From NCBI RefSeq assembly GCF_036321535.1, contig NC_087436.1, positions 74,464,001-74,528,000 on the forward strand: a DNA stretch of 64,000 nucleotides. The letters are read 5' to 3'. Position 1 is the stretch's first letter. Every line of letters begins with the position of its first letter. Origin of the DNA: Camelus dromedarius. Its lineage: Eukaryota. The notes below the pieces were generated by a model. It saw only the letters and a program-made list of their open reading frames with translations, was not told the DNA's origin and did not search any database. Shown in pieces: positions 25,842 through 35,559 of the stretch. Made by a program: the position numbers and the translations under genes.

Positions 25842-28800
25842 AATAATAGCTAACATTTGTTGAGGATTCACTACGTACCATGCATTTTCTAAGGACTTTG
25901 TGTGAGTTCATTTGATCTTTAAAAAAAAAATCTTAAAAATGAGAAAATCAAGAAACTGAAAGTTGTCCCAGCCATGACAGGAACCCAGGGAGATTAGCTC
26001 ATTGTCATGAGCCTTTATATGCTACTATCTTACCCTTTCATTACATATTTTTAATCATTTGTTTGATGTCAGCAAACAGAAGCACACACACTTACAGTGC
26101 TGTGCTAAACAGCCTGCACAGAGACTGAATTTATTCTCTTAGATCAGTGTCACCTGAACCTAGACTGTCATCACAGTCATGAAGTGGTCTAATTGCTGAA
26201 CCAGGGCATTAGAGATGAGAGGAAATACAGAGATCCTTTGGGATCTTACCTAATCCCTTCTGATCCTTATCAACTCTCCAACTAAAATTTTCTTTCCTCA
26301 TTGTAAATATCTGATCTTATTCACCTTACCCAGCTGATTGAGTCAACATCCCAATTTCCAATATGACACTAAGACACTACAATAACTTAACTGATCTCTG
26401 CTTCTAGTTTGCCTCCTTTACTGTAGCAAGAGGAATCTTTGCTCTACCCCAGCCTATATGTGTCACTCCCCTGCATTAAACCGTCAATGGCTCCCCATTG
26501 CCTACGTCAGTAGTTCTCAGATGCGTATAGGAATTTATTGTGGTGATGGTCGTGCAACTCTGTGAATATACTCAAAACCATTGAACTGTACACTTTAAGT
26601 AGGTGACTTGCATGGGATGTGAGCTCTATCTCCATAAAGTTGTTACTTTAAAAAATTTATGGAGGATTCAAAGCATCTGGAAGTCATGGCATGCTATGGG
26701 CAACATCCTGAAATGTTGAACCAGAAGCAATTTTATTAGCAGAAAAAAAGGCTATGGTAGATACTACATATAATTATAAGATGAAAACCCACTACTTTAC
26801 AACTATATCTACAGTAAAGCAAGGGGTTGAGCTAAGATTATCACCAGTTTCTAATGTTTGCCTTTAATATTAAATTGTCATTTATTAAATCATTTTATTG
26901 CCTACAAGCTAGCAAACAAGCATTGACATCAAAGACAAGGAAAATCTGAAAGGGAAACTTTAAAATGGAGTACATCCTGTGTAGTTCTTTGATTTATTTA
27001 TGTATTTTCTTGCCTTCAGATTAAGACCAGGAGTTTCTATATTTGGAATAACACTAAGGTTTTCTGGAGGAGATATGACAATCCCTGGCTTCCTAGAAAA
27101 TGCCTATTTCTCTTGATATCACAAAAGACCCTTTTTCCAACCTGACCTTAAAAAGTCTCTTTCCATCTTCACCTTTCTCCACACCACCTCAAGGCTGCCA
27201 CACAGCAGTAGCCACGTATCCCCCACCACCATGAGCGGCTAAGCATCCTGCAAACACACCCTGCAGCTTTGCTCCTGCTCCTCCTCCTCTTGGAATATTC
27301 TTTCCTCCTTTCTCCACTTGACTATCTAAGTTCCATGTTACCTTCCCGACTTCCGCAGTCCAAGAAAGTACCACAAGAGCAGGAAACATGTGTGTCCTCC
27401 TGAATGTTGTGTCTCCAACATAAACATAGGGGCTGGTCTAGAGAAAGTGCCCCAGAAATATCCCCTTCTCTGCACCCTCAGGGTCTTCATGCCCGAGTCT
27501 CCCCACTCACCTCCTGTGCTGAAGTTATTTTTCTGTGACCTCATCCTCACGTTCTCCTTCATAGCAGACGATGAGTTCTCGAAGGCAGGAGTTACGTCTG
27601 TCACAGAGTAGATGCTCTGTAAGTATCTGCTACATTTAGGTGAATTGAAAAATACATTCTCTGATACTCAGACATTCAAAGTCTCAAGGAAAAAGAAAAC
27701 AGTCTAAAATACTACGTGGCAACAACTCTAAGTGAGGCGTGGACCTAGCATTACGAGATTCTGACGAAGGGGCTATCAGTCTTCTGGACTGGAGGTGCTT
27801 ACTCTGGAATCTTCATAGAGGCTGAGACACTTGAGCTGTCCCTTGAAAAATAAGAGCCAGTTCACCAAGAAAATAGCGAAACGGATTCGAAGGTAAAGGA
27901 ATTCAGCACCAAGACAGAAACTGGGAGGGTAAGGGCATTCGTCCCCAGTGGGTCAGGTGAGGCCTCAGTGTGGGGTTGGTGGCAGGGAGTGGCCGGCAGG
28001 AGGCTGGGCCTGGCAGTGCTCCCAGCCTGTGCTTTGTGACGTGAGCCAAAGGGTCATGTCATCAGGTTTGTGTTTTAATCTGCTCTCAACAGCCTCTTCT
28101 TTGCTACCCCCTTCCAACATACACGTGGACCATATAAGAAACTTGACTGCCATCATAGATAGGATGTGTGGACAAAGGTCAGAGGGACCTGATAGATTCT
28201 TGTGAGAATGAACCTGGGACTCAGGATGGTGTTCTAACCATTGAGTAATCAGCCAACCTTGTGCTCTGGAAATCACGCACTGAAGCAGAAGGCAAAAATG
28301 TGGTAGAACCAACACAGCTGGTTTCTAACAAAGCTGGTTTCTTCGGAAAGCCAGCATCATTCACTTAAAAAGATGCCTGGCCTCCCAAAAGCCCACCCTG
28401 ATTTTCTTAGCCCAAAGGACTCTCTCTGAAATACACTGGAGCACTTGATTTTGTACTTAAGACACTTGGAAAAACATTTTTTTTCTTGCATTGCAGTTGT
28501 TTTCTCTTCATTCCTGGTACCACCTTTTTATCCTTTGCCTCATTTTAAAAGCTTATACCTGATACAGGGCGGTTTCAAAAGACAGCTTGGGGGCAAGGTA
28601 GAGTATAAATCAATTAAAAACATGTCTTGTTAGATTTTAAGTTTCAGGAGGGGGAAGTCATGTCCCACTCATCTTTATAAAATTTTACCAAGTAAAACAT
28701 TTGTTGAATAAATTCATGTCATGGTAACAATATGTAAAGTAAAAACATTCTTTGGCTTCTAAAAGAAGTTGACATTTTGGTGATTTTTTTTCCCTTGGAA

Positions 28801-28944
28801 AATCACTCCCTTTCCTACGAGTATTTGCCTAGATATTTAACTTTTATTTTTAAAAATTTCAACTCTCTTAACCATTACCCTCGTCTATGCTTGTCACTTT
28901 TTTCCTTGATTTGATTTGCAAAAGTTTCCTCTCTTTTTTTTTGA

Positions 28945-30441
28945 GAAAAACAACCCGCAGTTTGATTTATTATGCCTATTTTTTGTTGTTGTTTTCTAAT
29001 AGAGCAGAGATATATTTACAACAGCAAAATCATTACGTAAAACTCCAAAGAAACAAAAATATTTGCCACTCACTGAGACACAATTTTGTAAAGAAGAAAG
29101 TTAACAGTAATCAGCATAAGTACAGTAAGTTACAAAGATATGCTGATATTTTAATGGGGGAAAATAGCCAAAAGGAACACAAAAATACTTTAAAAATACA
29201 GCATCTTCGCCACAGCACATGAAAACATTTCCATAAAAAATTAACTATTTCCACTTGGACACTTAATTTTTCAGCCCTCTTTGAATTTACATTCTGAAAT
29301 CTTGATGTTCTACTGTAGTTTATAAATTAGCCATTCATTCTCTCATTCCATGGACTCACAAAGATCAGTCCCATCACAAGCAATTAGAAGGACCAACTTC
29401 CTGCTAGAGATACAGCACTTCAAGGCTAGTATTTAATCTTAATTGGCAACAAGTTTAGTGCAAATAAAATTATATTTAGCAGCTTAGAAGATTCCTAGTG
29501 GGGAGGCATTCACTTCTTAACCCTTACTGCTTCCCTCGGAACAAACCATCTCTCTCTTTTCAAGAGTATGAACGTGGGCCATTCAAACTTAGTGAAAACT
29601 GCTAATGCTAATTCTGCTCTTTGTTACACAGGGAGTTTCCATGAAAGATGTTTCAGTCATTCTGCAAATGAGACATGCAGTTTTTACATTTGGAAAGTTC
29701 CCCTCAGGTTGTTTTTTTTTTTTTTTTTTTTTTTTTAAGTAGGGCCTGAATGTCAGTCATAACTGGATCTTACCCAAATGCTTCTCTGAAACAATGCACT
29801 AACCATTCCTGGCATTGGCCACCATAGGTTGCATTCAAAGAAAGACCTGAGGACAGGGCTGAGGAATCTCTTAAATCAAGTTCTACTCTCCAGCAACAAT
29901 TTTATTTCAGATATGAACGCCAAAATAAAAGGAAAAGAAGAGGAGCCATCTGATTTCCAACCTGGTGCTTTTCACTCTGAGCCAAGATTTATTCTCCAAA
30001 TGAATGGGAGCCAGAGAGCTCCTAGCCAGAGAGAGGATTTTGTTTGAGCTTCATCAATTCCTTGAATTGTCTCTCTTCTTGTTAGACACCTGTTCCCTCT
30101 CTAGCCAAGGCCTGGGATCGCTGCTTGGGAGAACAGCGTGGCCTGCTGTGCCCGGTTCTCTGGTGGCCAGGGAAGAGGAAGGACACCTGGGTTGTAAGCA
30201 CCTGCCTCTGCTCCTTGTTAAGGTTTCACTGGCCCAAGGACTTGAGCCGTCAGAAAGCTTGGAAGACCGCTGAGGTCCTGAATGTGTGACACAATCTAGG
30301 GAGGTAAACACTAGGTAGGCCATCTCACTTGACCTCTCTCTTGACCAACTCCTTGCCAAGTTTTCCACTCCCCACTGAATGCTCTCACTGACTAGCTCAA
30401 GGATGGGCGGTGGTGGTAGCATGTTGGAGAGAGGGGCCCAC
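28945..30441 (-). other. Probable SOWAHB 3'UTR (~1.5 kb)
   Basis: No recognisable repeats from the stop codon down to a minus-strand AATAAA (28971-28966), which is followed by GU/U-rich sequence. This implies a ~4 kb transcript, consistent with my recollection of the human gene span. Confidence 0.65.
28966..28971 (-). terminator. Polyadenylation signal AATAAA (distal); alternatives at 29901-29906 and 29988-29993
   Basis: TTTATT on the + strand. The minus strand continues ...ctgcgggttgtttttctc. An upstream UGUA lies at 29020-29017. Confidence 0.6.
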
Positions 30442-32844
30442 TCAGTCACTGTACTCTTCTCTCTCCCTTGGAGAGGAGAATTTCTCATACTGGTTGGCCA
30501 ACTTCCATTTGTTGTGCTGACTTTTGAGTAGTGCAGCAAGGGAAGTCTTTCGGGTGACATGTCTAGATACATCCCTGTTCCTGGCCTTCCTGATGGGGGA
30601 AGAGTTTCGAACCAAAGGATAGGCAGGGAAAATGGGCTTGCCCCGTGGGGCTTCCAGGAGCTGCCATATTTCCCCAGAGGTATTACTGGTCAGATACTGC
30701 CACGGCTTCTTCCCACTGCTGTCCCGGATATTCACACGAGACGCCAGCCTTTGCACTAGCAATTTGATGATGCCCTGGTGGCCATGAATGGCTGCAAGGT
30801 GGAGTGGGGTATACCCACAACTGGACTTCACATTTACATCAAGAGCAATCCCTGCCTTCTGTGCACCCGACACCAAGTCCTGAAGGGCCCTCAGGTCACC
30901 ATGTTTGGCTATCCAGTGCAAGGCAGTGTACCCAGTCAAAAAGTCTTTGTGCAAAGCCAGCTGGGGATCCTCCCAGAACAAAGTCAACACCTGAATCCAA
31001 GAGCCACTGGCGAGCTTCACAATCCATTCATGCTCCCTGGCATCGAGGGGAACCAGGGATGACTTGTGATCAGAAGATCTGTGGGGGACCAAGGCTGCAG
31101 GCCTCTCCCCTCCAGGGGCCCATGGGCTATGTGGACACCCAGGCTCGGCAAAAGCAGCCTTAATGTCTGCAGGTTTTGGTGTCAAAGCGGCATCCACCCA
31201 TGGGTTGGACACTGTTCCTGCCTTGGAGGGTTTCCTGGACCGGGGTGGGCGACGGTTCCTTTTCAGCAAATCTTCCTCAAGGCACTCCTCATCTGAGGAG
31301 GACACTTTGGCTCTCCCTGCCCTAGAGCTCCTCCTTAGGGATCTCCTTAATTTGGGAGCTGGCCAGGGCAAAGGCTGGGGGTGGCCTGCAAGGCCATCAG
31401 CTCCTGTTGGGATGGGCTGAGAGGTGTGACCCTCCCCTCTATTTCTGAGGCCCTGAGGGTCCCTGTTGGAACTGCCCTCCTTTGGAAAAGGGTCTCCAGC
31501 TGGATTCCTGAGCCTTCTCCAATCTGAGGCTCCAAGAGCAACGTGCAGCCCTTCTTCAGAACCCCCAGGGGACTCTTTGGGTCCACTGCTGCTCTCCTCA
31601 CTGCCGTGGCTCTCCTGGTCCACAAAGTCATCCAGATCCTGTAGGGACAGCTGACAACGAATGCTACGAAAGACTGCCAGTGGCGAATTCCCAGGCCAGG
31701 ATTCCGGAACAGCGGGAAAGCGAGAATGAGAGGAAAGAGGAGGGTCAGATGGCGCTGAGTTAGGTTCCAGCACCCACCAGCCTGGCTCTGAGGGTAGCTG
31801 GGGGAAGTTGTCTGGCAGCACCGACCAGGCTCGGATGGGGCCATGGTCCCGGGCCTCCGGTGTCTGGGGGTGTCTGGCCACCCACTCCCGAGTGCGCTGC
31901 TGCTGCTGCTGCAGGGTCGAATAACGCAGAGAGCCCGGGGTCACCAGCTCCGGCGGGTCTCTGGGGGAAGCGGGAGCAGACTGCAAAGCAAGAGAGGAAA
32001 CCCGGCTCCCAGCAGCCTCGACGGTTGGAGGAGACGAGAGGGGCGCGGCGGGCTCGGGCCGGGGCTCCTCGGGCACACTTTCTCGATGCGGCCTGGGAGC
32101 CCCGCGGTCTTCCCGAGCAGGCGGAGCCGGTGCCGGCTTCTCCTCGGCGCTGACGGTGGCGGTGGCTGTGATGGCGGGGTCGGGGAGGCCGCTGAGCAGC
32201 GGCTCGCCCTGGAGTCCCCCCTGGCCGTTCTGGAGACATTCCCAGCAGCAGTGGCCCTGCGTCTCGGCCGCCGCGAACCTCGTTCCCTCCCGAGGAGCCG
32301 CCGCTGCAGCCGCGGGCACCGGCGCACGGTGGCGGGAGCTGCCCCTCTGCCCGCCGCCTCCGCGGGCCGCCTCTCGGGCGCCGCTGGCCGGGAGTCCATT
32401 GCAACCTGCGTCGGCGGCTGGCGCTGCGGCACCTGCTGGCTCCTCCTCCGGCTCCTTCTCGCGCCGCCGCCGCCGGGGCTGCTGCTGCGGCGGCGGCCGC
32501 GGTTCCCCCCCGCGCACGCTTCGCGGGGCGCTGGACGCAGCTCCCCCTGCAGGGGCGGCGGCCGCGGGCGGGTCGCTGGGTCGCTGCAGCCCCTCCTCCC
32601 CCAAAAGGTCCCTGTACCTCCTCTTGAGCACCACGTACTTGGTGCCGTCGGGGTCCTGGCGCACTGCGGCGACCGAGTTGACGAAGCCCTTGAAAAGCTC
32701 GCGGCGGCGCTGGTGCTGGCTGGGGGGCGCGTCGGGGTCTCGGAGGAAGCTCTTGAAGTGGCTCAGCAAGGCGGCGTTGGTCACTCGGCCTCCGGCCTGG
32801 CACAGAAAGTCCAGTAGTGCCTCCTGGCTCAACTCTCGGGCCAT
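30442..32844 (-). CDS. SOWAHB: Ankyrin repeat domain-containing protein SOWAHB (sosondowah family member B, ANKRD56); single-exon CDS, 800 aa
   Basis: Uninterrupted 2403-nt ORF whose ATG is in strong Kozak context (gcagcgATGG). The N-terminus [34 protein letters not shown]...[12 protein letters not shown] is the conserved SOWAH N-terminal domain. The middle is Pro/Ala/Gly/Ser-rich. C-terminal ankyrin repeats [12 protein letters not shown]... and [13 protein letters not shown]... lie at ~30690-30935. Length is close to the ~790-aa human protein. Confidence 0.96.
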   Translation of the reverse strand: MARELSQEALLDFLCQAGGRVTNAALLSHFKSFLRDPDAPPSQHQRRRELFKGFVNSVAAVRQDPDGTKYVVLKRRYRDLLGEEGLQRPSDPPAAAAPAGGAASSAPRSVRGGEPRPPPQQQPRRRRREKEPEEEPAGAAAPAADAGCNGLPASGAREAARGGGGQRGSSRHRAPVPAAAAAAPREGTRFAAAETQGHCCWECLQNGQGGLQGEPLLSGLPDPAITATATVSAEEKPAPAPPAREDRGAPRPHRESVPEEPRPEPAAPLSSPPTVEAAGSRVSSLALQSAPASPRDPPELVTPGSLRYSTLQQQQQRTREWVARHPQTPEARDHGPIRAWSVLPDNFPQLPSEPGWWVLEPNSAPSDPPLSSHSRFPAVPESWPGNSPLAVFRSIRCQLSLQDLDDFVDQESHGSEESSSGPKESPGGSEEGLHVALGASDWRRLRNPAGDPFPKEGSSNRDPQGLRNRGEGHTSQPIPTGADGLAGHPQPLPWPAPKLRRSLRRSSRAGRAKVSSSDEECLEEDLLKRNRRPPRSRKPSKAGTVSNPWVDAALTPKPADIKAAFAEPGCPHSPWAPGGERPAALVPHRSSDHKSSLVPLDAREHEWIVKLASGSWIQVLTLFWEDPQLALHKDFLTGYTALHWIAKHGDLRALQDLVSGAQKAGIALDVNVKSSCGYTPLHLAAIHGHQGIIKLLVQRLASRVNIRDSSGKKPWQYLTSNTSGEIWQLLEAPRGKPIFPAYPLVRNSSPIRKARNRDVSRHVTRKTSLAALLKSQHNKWKLANQYEKFSSPREREEYSD

Positions 32845-33530
32845 CGCTGCCCTGCCGTCCCCCGGCCCCGGGGTGTCTGCGTGCCGCCCTCCCTACGCTC
32901 TCCCCCGCCAGCAGAAACCCTGACCTGGCTTGTGTCACCTGCGCTCGGGGCGGCGCCACCCGCCTCCATCAGCCGCGGCCTGCTCGCAGCCCCCGAACAT
33001 GCCAAGAGGGCCGCGGGTGACCCGGGGCTGAGTCCCCGCGCGCGGCCCGGGTGGGAGAAGGCGGCTCCGGGGCCGCCCCTGTGCGACGCTCGCCTCTCGC
33101 AGCCAGTCCCCGCAGCGAAAGTTCCCGGGATAGGTCGGAGTCGGTTTCACCTGCGCCCTGGCGACGCCTCCTCCCCGACTCTGGGGGAAGGGCCCGGCCC
33201 GCCTCCTCCTGTCCCTCCGCCCTCCGAGGTCTCCCCCACCCCTGCCACCCATCCCAGATGAGTCAGACTGGTCCGCACCCGGGAGAATGCCGTAGGTGAG
33301 GTCGTCAGCGAGCCGGAGCCGGCAACGAACCTCTCTGCAGGACGCGCAGCTGCTCCCGGCCGGGGGAATGGAAAGCAGGTAGGCGACCCGCCGCTCCTTT
33401 GGGTCTCAGCCACGTAGGAAACGAAAACAATAGAAGATCTGTTCCCGCTCTCTCCTTTCTCTGCGTAAGTCACGGCTGAAGTCGAAGGCTGGAGGAAAAG
33501 GTGCAAATTAACCAGCACCCTGCGGTCTCG
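31820..33530. promoter_or_regulatory. CpG island / SOWAHB promoter spanning the start codon and 5' CDS
   Basis: Abrupt switch to very GC- and CpG-rich sequence against an AT-rich, CpG-depleted background. Contains GC-rich motifs, AP-1 TGAGTCA at 33259-33265, and no obvious TATA box. Confidence 0.9.
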
Positions 33531-34902
33531 CCAACAGATAGATACTTTTATTAACGCTGTAGGGTAGTAATTTCAGATTCCCTGAGGCAGTGTCCAGATT
33601 GGGGTGGGGGGGGCTCATTTTGCATCTAAAACAAGCCTGTCTTGATCTGGTGATCCTGCCCTCCGAACGCTGGCTCCAAGGAGTCCAAATACACCAAAGT
33701 CTGTACTGAAAAGAGAAATCACTCTGAAGGTTACAGGTTGATTTCGGCCTTTTTCCTTCCTAATTGTCTAACGTTAAAATGCCAAGAAAATCAAATTTGG
33801 TGGTTGAACTGAACAGGAATTATGAAATGATCCCCTGGTAGCGGAAATGAACAGAAATTACTTCTCAGCAGTTAAGGTATTTGATGTCTAGTGTTACTTT
33901 GTTTTTATTTACTCCAAAATTTGTGAACAGATTTGTACAGTCTCTTTTGTGTTGGCTTAAGTGGTGAAGTCTTTTCCCTCTAAAGGTAAGATTTCCTTCA
34001 CACGTTCAGAATGTTCAGCATTGCAGTCTAGCTTGATTTGACGTGGCTGCTCTCAATGTTAGAATGTCTGTTTGACTCTAATTCTCCACTGAGGGGCTGT
34101 GAATTTCCTAATTCCAAATATCGAATTCCAAAACTCTAGTTTCAAAACGCTGGTCTCTTGAAGACAGTAGAATCACAGTCCTTCTCCTAACAGCTGCTTT
34201 CCCCCTTCATTTTATTTAACCACAGGCTGACCTTGTCCCTTCTGTAATAATCCATCTGGTCTCTGAGTTGAGACTTAAAAAAAAAAAATCAATCCTGTTT
34301 ACATGCCAGAGATACTTTCCTGGCTTTATCTATTTGCCTATCTGGCTCCGCACCCTCTCCCATTCTTTCTTTAGCTGTCTTCCCATTTCTTTCAGTTGTG
34401 ACTGGTTGCCCTCAGCCCCTACTGTGACAGCAAATTTGCTTATTTTTGGAATCCCCTGTTGGCTATATTTCCCATTATAAAGTGCCTATTTTCTCCTGCC
34501 CTGTCTTTTGCCAGTCTTCCTTCCTGTATGACCCTCATCTTTCCGTTTTTTCTCCTTTGGCTCTACTATTTCTGATTGTTTCATGAGTCCCTGTCCTTTG
34601 TGCCAAGGGAAGGCATTGAAAGTATGTTGGTCCCACAGTTGTCAGCGTGTTTCAGCATGGGCCAGTTTTACTGAATGCCACACAGGCCACATTAGGTGAG
34701 CTTCGTTCTAAGTCCTCAGCATACCCTGGTACTTTTCCATGAATGAATTGGAATCCTTGGCTTTAAATTATCTAGGTCAGAAAGAAAAACTGGGAAACCT
34801 TTTTGTCTATTTTTGGCATTTTTTTGAACCTAAACCCAATATTGAGTTAAGAGGGGGCAAATGTTTCCCACTGAGGTCTTTACAGTAACTTCCAGCCTTT
34901 AG

Positions 34903-35045
34903 TTTTTTTTGTATTTGTTTTTTGTCTGGGGAGGTAATTAGGTTTGTTTGTTTGTTTATTTAATGGAGGTACTGGGAATTGAACCCTGGGAGCTCATGTA
35001 TGCTGAGCATGCGCTCTATCACTTGAGCTATACCCTACCCCACCA
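34903..35045 (-). mobile_element. Vic-1-like SINE
   Basis: ggggaggtaattagg...aatggaggtactgggaattgaaccc...tgagctataccc. TSD agcctttag at 34894-34902 and 35046-35054. Confidence 0.9.
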
Positions 35046-35559
35046 AGCCTTTAGGCTAGTTATTAGAATACAAGTTTTGTATTAAACTTTAGCTTCCTTC
35101 TGTGTTTATTTCCTGGTGGAGTCTTGGTGGGACTGTGAGGTGTGTCTATACCTGGGGTGGAAGGGAGGCCAAACAAAATGCAGCTGGGCGCTGTAGAGCG
35201 GCAAGTGGAAAGAATCCCCCTTTGGTACTTGTCAGAACTGGTTACCAAATAGGGAGCTTGTGGCAAGAGGTGACAACATAGAGGTTTGAACTTGAAGCAC
35301 TTAGGACTAGAAAGAAAGGAAGGGGTCACCAAGGTCATAGTTGTTAAAATCAGATTCTCTTTAGTTGAGAGTGGGAAGAGTAGGTCTGGAGGAATATAAA
35401 GCAGGGGAGGGGAAGGAAAAAAAAACCCATTGCTTTAGCTTTCCGGGAGCCCAGGTGGCTTAGTATTAAGACCTTCTTTCCTCCTTTTTCTCTGTCTTGT
35501 CCCAGGCTAAGGCGATGGTTAATTAGAATATTCTTCACCTTATCTCAGGGAACATTTTT

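Noticed and set aside
30054..30572. 172-aa minus-strand ORF overlapping the SOWAHB stop and 3'UTR
   Set aside because: Out of frame with SOWAHB, no recognisable domain, and no evidence for frameshifting or splicing into it.
31760..32959. 399-aa alternative-frame ORF overlapping SOWAHB on the same strand
   Set aside because: It starts at GTG (cac at 32957-32959) in weak context. The Arg/Gly/Ala/Pro-rich product has no domain, and long stop-free frames are expected in such GC-rich DNA.
31843..33299. Several long + strand ORFs (324, 255, 126 aa) antisense to SOWAHB
   Set aside because: Shadow ORFs of a GC-rich CDS and CpG island; low complexity with no recognisable homology.
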